A DNA stretch of 63,016 nucleotides, the filler included, from Octopus bimaculoides (Eukaryota), in the NCBI RefSeq assembly GCF_001194135.2. It is 5 parts of 5 records of this genome, joined end to end, with 100 filler letters (N's around TTAATTAATTAA, not from the genome) between each part and the next. Parts side by side here need not be neighbours in the genome. Positions count along the whole stretch, not along the records: positions 41,523 to 56,940 come from NC_068988.1; positions 57,041 to 63,016 come from NC_069000.1; 3 more parts are not named here. One strand, given 5' to 3'. Below the pieces are notes generated by a model. That model ran no database searches, had not been told where the DNA came from, and saw only the letters and a list, made by a program, of their open reading frames with translations. Shown in pieces: positions 50,126 to 60,683 of the stretch. Both the position numbers and the translations under genes were made by a program. Positions within the stretch are counted from its first letter, which is position 1; each line of letters opens with the position of its first letter.

Positions 50126-51261
50126 AAGGGTACGCAGGTCTATATAATCCAAAACAGCATTTCCTTATTTAAAAAAGGAAGGACAAAACACAGTATTGCG
50201 TGGTTTAATGGAGATTCTGGCTGCAGAACGTATTGAACGAACACATCGATGATCTCTCATTGCAGCGAATGTTTGTAACGACGAGAAGCCAAGACGATCA
50301 ATCTCTAGCTTTTGTCGTCAGAAAACCAATTCATTAAAAGCAAAAGAAGAAAAAAAAAGTCGAAATGTTTGCGCACCAAAGTATCAGATGATTTTATCTT
50401 GGAAGCACTATTGGCAGGGAAGCGCTGTCAATAGCACTAAAACCGTTCTATACAAATGGTATTCTTCTAAATATTATTGTTTCATTAACTCACATGAAGC
50501 TATAACTTTCTGTCAATCCTCCTATTTCTGCAGAATAATATTTCGTAACAGTTAATGATATTTTCCAAACAGGAAAGTTATTCTGTTTACAGTAGTTGTT
50601 TTAACTAAACTGTCAACACTTTCGTTTTATGTATTAATCAACTCCAAGAGACAGGTGGAATTCATTGCCAAACCGTACCTACCGACGTCATGCGAAAAAT
50701 TCCGAAAATGGAATTCTTTTCGATGTTTTGGTTCTGCTCTGTTGTTGTTATTAGTTTCACGTCAGTCTTTCAGGGAATAAAACTAGTCCAAAAAACAAAC
50801 AAACAAGCAAACAAAAACTACCAGAATACTCCATAAGATAAATATACGATTGAAGGTAGTCTTTTTATAGTATTACAGTTTGATATTTGCCAATGAGAGA
50901 GCTTCTACGTTTCCGTTATGCTACGAAATCTCCCATAAATTATACGCTGGTGTTTTAAATAAAGAAATGCTATTCTGGACTATGTAATCCTGCGTTCCCT
51001 TCAAAAGATAGGAAAATAAATGCTGGAAATCTCATCATAAAGGGTTTGACCTGGGGCTATCGAACAGCAGTTCGATATTTGTGATTATAAAGGTTCAGTC
51101 GAGAGAAACATATATCTTTATAAAGTGAACGGACGTCTGTATTAAGACTATTTCCAACTTGCAAAAACGCTTTTCATTTGATCAGTCACAATGGCCCTCT
51201 GTGTTAATGGATGGCACGAATCGGAAAACTGTGATATTCGCTTCTTTCCCATAGTAGGAGC

Positions 51262-51562
51262 GTGTGAAGGCGCGTGGCTTAGTGGTTAAGGTACCTGGCT
51301 CACGATCGTAAGCTAGTGAGTTCGATTCCCGGCCGTGCGTTGTGTCCTTGAGCAAGGCACTTTATTTACCGTTGCTCCACTCCACTCAGCTGACAAAAAG
51401 AGCAGTACTTTGTATATCAAAGGGCCAACCTTGTCGCATTCTGTGTCACGCTGAACCTCCCTGAGAACAACATTTAGGGTACTTGCACGTTAATTTCACG
51501 GGCAAGCCGTTTCGTTGATCGGATCAACTGGAACACTCGTCGTCGTAAGCGACGGAGTGCCA
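51262..51562 (+). mobile_element. SINE family C
   Basis: GAAGGCGCGTGGCTTAGTGGTTAAGG...GAGTTCGATTCCCGG...GTCCTTGAGCAAGGCACTTT...GATCGGATCAACTGGAAC..TCGTCGTCGTAAGCGACGGAGTGCCA. Confidence 0.9.
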
Positions 51563-51687
51563 GTCATGGTAGAAGTACGAATGAAATAATCAGCGTGACA
51601 CAAATTCAACAAAGATTGGAAAATTAGGTTCCGGCTCTCGGCATTTCAATCCTCACTGGCTCAACAAAGTAAAGTACCAGTCTTTTA

Positions 51688-51812
51688 ACATTTACTTGTT
51701 TCAGTCATTAAACTGTGGCCATGCTGGAGCACCGCCTTGAAGAATTCTAGTTTGCCTCCCCGCTAAGTTACGGGGAGGCAAACACGCCAACACCGGTTGT
51801 CAAGTGGTGGTC
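51688..51812 (-). mobile_element. SINE family A, 3' half, internally deleted
   Basis: TTTACTTGTTTCAGTCATT..CTGTGGCCATGCTGGAGCACCGCCTTGAAG...CCAACACCGGTTGTCAAG. Confidence 0.85.
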
Positions 51813-51835
51813 ACACACACACACACGTATATGTG

Positions 51836-51922
<87 letters not shown>

Positions 51923-51924
51923 AT

Positions 51925-52075
51925 AATCATCACTTGGAAACCTTGGTGCTGGTTTGTTTACGTCCCAGCGAATTAATGGCTCGGCCAAAGAAATCGATAG
52001 GATTAGACTTAAACAGAAAAAAAATAAGTACAAGGGTCGAAGGTTGTGCCCCGGCATGGCCGCAGTCCAGCGAGT
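51925..52075 (+). mobile_element. SINE family A, 3' half, diverged
   Basis: GGTGCTGGTTTGTTTACGTCCC...AATAAGTAC..GGGTCGA...GTGCCCCGGCATGGCCGCAGTC. Confidence 0.7.
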
Positions 52076-52299
52076 TCATGAGAGTAACAGTGTAAGGCAA
52101 GTAGCTATTAGAGTAAAAGAACTTATGACTAACTGGAAGCTCAACAGAAAAACGATGAGCCTGGGAAGAGAAGGGGGTGATGCGTTTAAAGATTTGGAAA
52201 GTTCATCAGAGCAATGACCATGGAAACGTCTATAGAAAAGACACCGAAAATACGATGAGACAACGATGAGTCAAAAACACGAACCTAGAAGAAAGGAGA

Positions 52300-52733
52300 G
52301 GAGCCACCGCGTGAACAACTCTATTCTGAACTCGACCAAGCAAGTTAAGAGAGTCAGTGTATATGTAATTCTATAATAATTATATACACATGCTTCCTTT
52401 GGCCTCACAGAGCACCCACAACGTTACACACTGCGATTAAATGATTACCAGACTATCGATCAACATAATTATAGGATATGTTGATGTCGATTACACATCT
52501 TGGTGCAAAATTAATACAGATAACACAAGAGGAGACATCACAACTAAATTCCTTGAGAATGTTAAATATGTTACGCAAACAAATCTACACACCTTATAAA
52601 GATAACTACAATTATTCAGACATCACCTTTTAATATCCATATCTAGCAACCACAACCACATGGGAAACTGTCACATAACTCTTCTTCAAACATTTACCAA
52701 AGCATTACCACGGCACACACACACACACATGCA

Positions 52734-52772
<39 letters not shown>

Positions 52773-55150
52773 CAACCAACAAAATAACACTTTCACCGAA
52801 CCCCGGTGAATCCAGTTCCGTTGGGAAATGGAAGTGAGTTTCCTTCAAGCCTCATCAACATCTCAATCATTAGCATAGACGCTGTAGTACTTATAAGTAT
52901 GTGTAACAAACTAATTATAGATACTTAAGAAAAATCACGTCCCACAAAGCACCATAAAACACAAAAGCTTAATTACATTGCTGAAATAACTAATCAGATA
53001 AAGATAAAGATAACTTCAAATACAACACAACAACAGAAATACAACCCACCATCAAGAAACTAAAGAAAGAATAACAATATAAATCAAGAAAATATAAGCA
53101 TAAAACAAGCAACGAAACGCTATACAAAGTAATTAGTAATATCAACGACTCTGACAATGACTTCACCACAACACACGTCAGTTAACATTGCCACACTTAG
53201 TAAGTAATGGTCTTATCAGACATTTTAAACATTCATCCACGATAAAAAATACACTAAAGAGACAAAAACACAGATCCAAGCTATACACCTTTCATTCAGA
53301 TCAGTGGTTCTCAACCATTTTTGCCTATGAACCCCTTTGATTTTTAATTTACTTTACTGGACCCCATTAGCCATTCGGTGCTTAAAAGATCCTATTATAT
53401 TTTGATAATTAAATATTAAGAATTGTTTAAAAAATTGCTATTAAAATATTTTGTGTATTGTAGAAGTATGACCAGTTTATTGCGCATACATTTTGACAAA
53501 AAATTTTATATGGATCTCCAAGGATCATATGGACACCCCCAAGGATCATATGGACCCCTCAGGTCATATGAAGCCCCCAAGGGTTATGTGGAGCCTGGTT
53601 GAGAACTACTAATCTAGAACATGCTTTCGGTCTCTCAATTAGAAGTTAATATAGCGTAAATGAAATTCAACAACATGTAACCAGACAAAATCGCAAACAT
53701 ACACTTAGCAGGCCTCATACTCCAGTAGGCAACATTTACAACTACTCGGTATTAAGCTGCCAAACTATCAGAAAGTGGAAATTGGGTAATATAATCGTAG
53801 TTCTAAAACCCAATAAAAAGCCATTTCAATTGGCATTGCACAAACCATTAACCCTCGTATGTATATTTGCAAAACACTTAGAAAGGCTTGACCTTGATCT
53901 CGTTGTTATTAATAACCATACATTCTTCTCTTCAAGTCACAACATGGATTCAAACTGCATAACCACAGGATTATTCACTAATCTTACGCGAAAATACATA
54001 TTGGCTTCGAAACAAAATATCAACCTCATTAGTGCCATTTTTATCACCGATGACATCAGCAAAGATTTTGACGTCATCTTCGTTACTCACTTACGCAACT
54101 TCTTCCCCCCGGTACATAAAAGGCTGAAAACCTCCTTAAGAAACAATACATAACGATCTCTGAAGTCAACAAGCTTTTTAGTATACACACAGAACTTTTC
54201 TAATGTACAACTTCCTGAACGGTGTATCACAAAGATATACCCACCTTTCTACTTTTTTTAGACCTGTATCCAAAGGGTTTCTTCAATTCTATTTAAAACA
54301 AAAACATGGCCTCATATGCAGATCACATTACACTCACAATGTTCCACAACTCCTCAGATACAGCTGTAGAACGTGTCCAACACTACATCACCACTTAGCG
54401 GTAGCTAAATAGTTGAAAGAACTCCCTTGCAAGAAAGATCATAGAGTAACCTCCCTTTTATAAGTTTCTCGAAGTATCTGTGTCATGAGACGTGATTATT
54501 AATTATTCAAGAAGCTTAGCGTTTCGCTTGGACGTTTGTAGAATGTCTAGCGTTCCATTCATAACAACAGCTTGCTAACCGAGCTTTTCACTTCTTAGTT
54601 GATTAGACTTAGAGCCATTCACATCATTGCTATGTCCGTCTATTTCTCTACGCCACATGACTGAAAAACCACCACTTAGCTGTTATTTCTACATTTTCTA
54701 TCTCTGAACTTTCTTGAATAGATTACTTCATTCAACTAGATTCTACATTATGGTTACGCTTCATCGTTGACCAGTAAATAAAATATATATTTATGTAGTA
54801 AATATATAAGTCTTCAATTTATCCTTCATCTCTTTATGAACTCTTGTAATAACATACACGCAGCCACATCAACACCTTGTACCGACTATATATTCCCACT
54901 ACAAATACATTTAATGCATCAGGATTATGTTTCTGCTGCGCCACTAATTTCATTACAAATCGTAACAAACTACAAAACAAGTTGCTCACACGGACATGTG
55001 AGGGCCACGGTTTATTATTAGAGCCATCTTCAATGCAACAGTGCCAATCTTACACAACTACTCCTAAGCAAACACATCTAACATAATCCAGAACTCTGCT
55101 ATAACAGCATTGTTAGAACTCAATCTCTTTTACCCAGTCTGCAGAAACAT
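52300..55150 (+). mobile_element. Highly degenerate APE-type LINE (endonuclease and RT relics) with nested insertions
   Basis: RT motifs across frameshifts at 53760-54420: KWKLGNIIVVLKPNKKP, DISKDFDV, NGVSQ, SYADHIT (equivalent to YADD). Weaker endonuclease-like relics at 52400-52700 and C-terminal relics at 54830-55150. Clade not determined. Confidence 0.7.
53302..53611. mobile_element. hAT (Charlie-like) MITE inserted in the LINE
   Basis: 15-bp TIRs CAGTGGTTCTCAACC / GGTTGAGAACTACTA; decayed 8-bp flanks ATTCAGAT / ATCTAGAA resembling the NTCTAGAN target; subterminal repeats of GGATCATATGGACCCCC-like units. Confidence 0.8.
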
Positions 55151-55269
55151 AAAGAACTTCAATACGAAAAAGTTGCAGCATTAATAACCTCATTAACCCA
55201 AAATACTGAGCTTGGATGCACAGCACCAAGAGTAAGTGCAAAGGTGCTGAAAGCACCGAAAGCGTTCGA

Positions 55270-55494
55270 GTCTAAAACACGTTATTTTTTCTCTTTTTCT
55301 TTCTCTCTCTCCCTCCCACTCTCTCCCCCCGCTCTCTCTTTCTATTTCTCTCTCTCTCTTTCTATTTCTCTCTCTCTCTCTTTTCCTCTCTCTTTTCATC
55401 TCTCTTTTCCTCTCTCTTTTCCTCTCTCTTTTCCTCTCTCTTTTCCTCTCTCTCTGTTCCTCTCTCTCTCTTTTCCTTTCTCTCTCTCTCTCTC

Positions 55495-55532
<38 letters not shown>
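55270..55532. repeat. (CT)n tract with 10-bp TCTCTTTTCC units
   Basis: Direct inspection; explains the poly-RE and poly-SL ORFs. Confidence 0.9.
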
Positions 55533-55535
<3 letters not shown>

Positions 55536-55636
55536 CACACGCACACATTTTCTCCCACTCTCGAATATACAAACTCACATACACGCATGAGAACACACTG
55601 ATAAGGACACACTCACGCACACAAGCACACACACAA

Positions 55637-55667
<31 letters not shown>

Positions 55668-55814
55668 CACTCACACACAGCAAATTACGAACAATTCTCC
55701 TTCATGCAACACGACAAAACTTGTACTAAATTTTTTGTTAAAAAACTTATTCATATCTAATTGCTAACATAACGTATAACATTGGAACCTACTAAACTAA
55801 CAAATTTCTGTCAT

Positions 55815-55877
<63 letters not shown>

Positions 55878-56165
55878 GTATTGCTAGGAAATTTATCGAG
55901 CATTTGAAGATTCACATTTCCTTCGTTGTGAAACTTATTGAATACTTGAATTTTAATCATGTAAATTTGCTACGAAACCTTTTGAATGCTTGATTTTTTA
56001 ACATGTTTTACCGCTATGAAACTTTCTTGTGCATTGTCTTTCTTTTAGACATTTATCTTGTTTTATGTTATATTTCCCACTGAATAACAAAGATATAGAA
56101 ACCGGTATGGTTTTTTAATAAATTAAAAATTTACCATATATATATATGTATATATTCATTGTATA

Positions 56166-56204
<39 letters not shown>

Positions 56205-56309
56205 CGCAGATAGATACGTATATACATGCATACACGCTCATACACTTGTGCGTGTGTGTGCGTGTTTGTGTGTGTGTGTGCGCACTTGTGCGCGCGTGTG
56301 TTTTATATC

Positions 56310-56430
56310 AAACCTGAAGCTGAGAGTTTGTCTGATGACTCGAGTTTCACACCAATGCGATCATCAGGCAAAAGCGTTTCGCCTGATGGCATGAAACTCG
56401 ACTCTGAGACGAGCTCTCGGCTTCAGTTTT
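56310..56430. repeat. ~120-bp imperfect palindrome (fold-back element)
   Basis: Left arm CTGAAGCTGAGAGTTTGTCT..TCGAGTTTCA..CATCAGGC pairs with right arm GCCTGATG..TGAAACTCGA..AGACGAGCTCTCGGCTTCAG. Confidence 0.85.
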
Positions 56431-56828
56431 AATGAAAAGAAACTATAACCTCTGCAACATATATTGAACATTCCTTATTCGTTCGACATTAATAATGTAC
56501 GTATATATATATATATATGTATCTTCTCTTTCTTTAGATGCGCATGAATTAAAAGTTCCCATGGATTCTCAGCTGGTGAGCCGCTTTTGAGAACGACAAG
56601 CTGAAAAATCTTGGGGACTAACTTCCAAAATATCTCACCGATTTTACTAGTTTCTGAGAAACTGGTTCTTTTGGTAAGAGAAGATAAAGTTTGAATTTGA
56701 ACACATAAAGCGGATTGAATATTACCAATCATTTCAATTTTGCAATGCACATCCCTGATCCGTTACATTTTTTATCGATCCCTCTCTATTTATTTATATA
56801 TCGATAGCAATAACTCTCTATCTATGTA

Positions 56829-56896
<68 letters not shown>

Positions 56897-56940
56897 CATA
56901 CATACATACATACATATATATGTGTGTGTGTGTGTATACA

Positions 56941-57040
56941 NNNNNNNNNNNNNNNNNNNNNNNNNNNNNNNNNNNNNNNNNNNNTTAATTAATTAANNNN
57001 NNNNNNNNNNNNNNNNNNNNNNNNNNNNNNNNNNNNNNNN
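56941..57040. other. Synthetic assembly join: 44 N + TTAATTAATTAA + 44 N
   Basis: Same 100-bp block as at 28977. Confidence 0.95.
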
Positions 57041-57300
57041 AGTTTCATTTTTAAAGTGAAAGTATTTGACATGAGTGTTTTTGTTTCACTTTTGACACGT
57101 AATACTTAAATAGTGGAGGAGATATTATGTTGCCGTGTGCTCGAACTCTGCAAGAAGTTAATAATTTTTTTTGACTAAAACACAACTGGAACCCTAAGTA
57201 AGGCATGTGTAAAATTTGAATGAAATTGGTTGCGTAGTTCTCGAGTTTTAGGGATTCACACAGACAGACAGACACACATTCTCATTTTTATATATATAGA
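57041..57300 (-). mobile_element. Non-autonomous Helitron-like element, 5' end
   Basis: The minus strand begins A|TCTATATATATAAAAATGAGAATGTGTG(TCTG)n...CTCGAGAACTACGCAACCAATTTCATTCAAATTT. The 5'-TC start after a host A followed by a tetranucleotide microsatellite is the Lep1-like Helitron-N layout. The element runs into the join. Confidence 0.65.
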
Positions 57301-57326
57301 TATATATATATACATGTATGTATGTA

Positions 57327-57365
<39 letters not shown>

Positions 57366-57382
57366 ATATAGAATAGATTACA

Positions 57383-57660
57383 AATAAGCACCTGCTTTTC
57401 TAAAGATAGGAGTAAAAAATCTCTAAAGTCACAGAAGAATCACTAAATCAATACAGGCGTGATAGGAAAAAAAATTAAGTGAATGCTAAATTTGAAATCA
57501 TGATATCAGATTAACTACCATTCCGTCTGCAGCCTTTGCGGGGGTAAGACTCAATTCTTATTCACTTCATTTTTTTCCTATCATGCCTGTATTAATTTAG
57601 TGATTCTTTTGTGACTTTGGAGTGTTTTTACTCCTATATTTAGCAAATGAGTTGCTCATT
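57383..57660. mobile_element. Long inverted repeat / MITE-like fold-back element (~100-bp arms, 75-bp spacer)
   Basis: 57400-57484 is the reverse complement of 57560-57643 (ATAGGAGTAAAAA..CTC.AAAGTCACA.AAGAATCACTAAAT.AATACAGGC.TGATAGGAAAAAAA...AGTGAAT). Confidence 0.8.
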
Positions 57661-58515
57661 AGTACCCTCTTATATATAAATATATTTATATATTTTAGAT
57701 ATATTTATTAAGTTTGCTTAAACGGCCTTTATGCTTGCAGCCACTAACGTTATTATTTTTATGACTNNNNNNNNNNNNNNNNNNNNNNNNNNNNNNNNNN
57801 NNNNNNNNNNNNNNNNNNNNNNNNNNNNNNNNNNNNNNNNNNNNNNNNNNNNNNNNNNNNNNNNNNNNNNNNNNNNNNNNNNNNNNNNNNNNNNNNNNNN
57901 NNNNNNNNNNNNNNNNNNNNNNNNNNNNNNNNNNNNNNNNNNNNNNNNNNNNNNNNNNNNNNNNNNNNNNNNNNNNNNNNNNNNNNNNNNNNNNNNNNNN
58001 NNNNNNNNNNNNNNNNNNNNNNNNNNNNNNNNNNNNNNNNNNNNNNNNNNNNNNNNNNNNNNNNNNNNNNNNNNNNNNNNNNNNNNNNNNNNNNNNNNNN
58101 NNNNNNNNNNNNNNNNNNNNNNNNNNNNNNNNNNNNNNNNNNNNNNNNNNNNNNNNNNNNNNNNNNNNNNNNNNNNNNNNNNNNNNNNNNNNNNNNNNNN
58201 NNNNNNNNNNNNNNNNNNNNNNNNNNNNNNNNNNNNNNNNNNNNNNNNNNNNNNNNNNNNNNNNNNNNNNNNNNNNNNNNNNNNNNNNNNNNNNNNNNNN
58301 NNNNNNNNNNNNNNNNNNNNNNNNNNNNNNNNNNNNNNNNNNNNNNNNNNNNNNNNNNNNNNNNNNNNNNNNNNNNNNNNNNNNNNNNNNNNNNNNNNNN
58401 NNNNNNNNNNNNNNNNNNNNNNNNNNNNNNNNNNNNNNNNNNNNNNNNNNNNNNNNNNNNNNNNNNNNNNNNNNNNNNNNNNNNNNNNNNNNNNNNNNNN
58501 NNNNNNNNNNNNNNN

Positions 58516-58975
58516 AGAGAGAAATATAGTAGTAACAGAAGGAAGAACGAGAGGGGAAAGAGAGATATAGTAGTAACAGAAGGAAGAACGAGAGGGGTAA
58601 AGAGAGATACGTAGTAGTAACAGAGGAAGAACGAGAGGGGGGAAAAAGTGATAGAGATAGAGATAGATAGAGTCGCGTCAGAAAATATAAAGTTAAAAAA
58701 AACTACTTAGAGGGATGACGCAGGCGTTCGATCATGTATAACAAATAATAAATGAGTATATGCATATATACGTACAGGTATGTGCATATCTACGTCTACC
58801 TGTATATATAGGTGCATATCTGGGTACAGGACATTGCAAACAAAACGTAGACAAGAAAATAATAATAACCAGAGTACAGAAAACACACAGGCCACATAGA
58901 GAACATTTTCCTTCATCAGCTACCCCCATTTTAACACCGGCGTTTCGAAGAGTAGGCTAGATTAGTTGATAGCGC
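58516..58975 (-). repeat. Unclassified dispersed repeat X, longest copy, with 41-44-bp minisatellite
   Basis: Reverse complement of the copies at 20636, 34708 and 35398; TAGTAGTAACAGAAGGAAGAACGAGAGGGG units start at 58527, 58568 and 58612. Confidence 0.88.
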
Positions 58976-59039
58976 CTGAAAACAAAACAAGGAAAAAAAT
59001 AACTCCGAGGTGGGGAGGAGGATTTCTGAGGTGCAAGTT

Positions 59040-59106
59040 GACTGGGAACCTGGGACCCACCAAAATTGTCCCCAACTGGGCCCCGCACCGCCTAAGGCCG
59101 GTCCTG
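59040..59106 (-). mobile_element. Possible hAT-type DNA transposon terminus
   Basis: The minus strand starts CAGGACCGGCCTTAGGCGGTGCGGGGCCCAG, GC-rich and resembling CAGGGCCGGC-type hAT TIRs. The partner TIR was not found. Confidence 0.4.
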
Positions 59107-59256
59107 ATTACTAAATGTTTTTCTCCTCTTCTTCATTGTTAAAAGTAAAGAAGCAAGAAAAGATCGATCGTATTTCAGTCTAATTGTCGTTTAAATGACT
59201 GAGGCTTTCCTTTCTCTGACTCCATCGCTTCACTCCTTTTCTCTATGGTTAAGAGA

Positions 59257-59580
59257 GTGAAGGTGCGTAGCTCAGTGGCTAGAGGTATTCGGCCCACGAT
59301 CGTAAAATTATGAGTACGATTCCCGGTAGTGCGCTGTGATCTTGAGCAAGATACTATACTTCACCTTGCTGCAGTCCACTCAGCTGGCAAAAATGAGTTG
59401 TAGCTGTAATTCAAAGGGGCCAACCTTGTCACATTCTGTGTGAGGCCGAATCTCCCTGAGAACTACCTTATGGAATGCATGTATGTGGAGTACTCAACCA
59501 TTTGTGCGTTAATCTTACGAGCAGACTGTTCCGTTGATCAGATAAACAGGAACCTCGTCGTCGTAAGCGATGGAGAGCCA
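59257..59580 (+). mobile_element. SINE family C
   Basis: GAAGGTGCGTAGCTCAGTGGCTAGAGG...GTACGATTCCCGG...CTTGAGCAAGA...CAGTCCACTCAGCTGG...CCTCGTCGTCGTAAGCGATGGAGAGCCA. Confidence 0.88.
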
Positions 59581-60307
59581 TTTTTTAAAAAGAGTGAGAG
59601 GAAAAGAAATGTTCCATATCGTAAGGCAAAAAATGTCATGTGTTTAGTATAAGCAGTGAAAGCTAAGAGGAAATAACTGCTATTCCGTTGAGTAGTGACT
59701 TCGCCCTGGACTCACTCTCAGTTTGATAACAACAGCCCGAGCATCGATGTTTATCTGGGGAGAGAGAGANNNNNNNNNNNNNNNNNNNNNNNNNNNNNNN
59801 NNNNNNNNNNNNNNNNNNNNNNNNNNNNNNNNNNNNNNNNNNNNNNNNNNNNNNNNNNNNNNNNNNNNNNNNNNNNNNNNNNNNNNNNNNNNNNNNNNNN
59901 NNNNNNNNNNNNNNNNNNNNNNNNNNNNNNNNNNNNNNNNNNNNNNNNNNNNNNNNNNNNNNNNNNNNNNNNNNNNNNNNNNNNNNNNNNNNNNNNNNNN
60001 NNNNNNNNNNNNNNNNNNNNNNNNNNNNNNNNNNNNNNNNNNNNNNNNNNNNNNNNNNNNNNNNNNNNNNNNNNNNNNNNNNNNNNNNNNNNNNNNNNNN
60101 NNNNNNNNNCTAAGCGTATTAATATCATTAATAATAATAAGAATCATGACGAAGTAGCATTAGCATTACCTTTAATTCACACGCGCGCACACACACACAC
60201 ACACACATAATGAATGAAGATTTTAATCAATAAAGTATTAAAAAAAGGAGATAAATAAATCCCGTCGTTTTTTGTGTTCTAAAAATTAAAAGGAATCATT
60301 TACTTAC

Positions 60308-60683
60308 ACTGAACGATTTTCCTTGACATTGCTAATAATAGAGTCATTCCAAAATTGGCTGCAGTAACTCCATCCTGGGTGCTATGGCCAATCCTAATGT
60401 CACGCGATTTAGCCCATTCAGTATCAACACTATCGAAACCAATTCCAAGGAAGGAAATAATTTTAAGATTTACTAACTTCTCAAGTAATTCAAGGAATTC
60501 TTGGTTTCTATTTAGGTCCGAATTTACATACAAACCAACAACCTTCTCACAGAGTGAAGGATTTTGTTCCAGTTCTTTCAGAGTCACCACATTTTGTGCA
60601 CGGAATACAACATTGAAGAAGAAACTCTTTAAATCAGGCAATTTTTCATAAAAATGTTCACAAAAATTCACTACCAAAGCCAT
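60308..60683 (-). CDS. Partial CDS (first recognisable coding exon): D-isomer-specific 2-hydroxyacid dehydrogenase, glyoxylate/hydroxypyruvate or 2-ketogluconate reductase-like
   Basis: Open 125 codons: LVNLKIISFLGIGFDSVDTEWAKSRDIRIG...AANFGMTLLLAMSRKIV matches the family substrate-binding domain (LPNLKVIS..GVGYDHID...RGI.V.NTP...ADL.M.LLLA.AR.I). Acceptor TTTTTCATTCTCAATAACAG lies 7 nt before the ATG (exon starts at 60690); a phase-1 GTAAGT donor lies at 60307-60302. Confidence 0.88.

Noticed and set aside
58905-58955. GAAAC and CTGATGA words in permuted order at the start of repeat X (possible type II hammerhead)
   Set aside because: A stem III and GUU site can be drawn in this copy, but stem I cannot form and stem II would consume core G8/A9 in all three copies.
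2126-59875. Long ORFs in the supplied track that span N gaps or consist of YI/HT/CV/RE/poly-residue runs
   Set aside because: They are translations of microsatellites and unresolved Ns, with no domain content.
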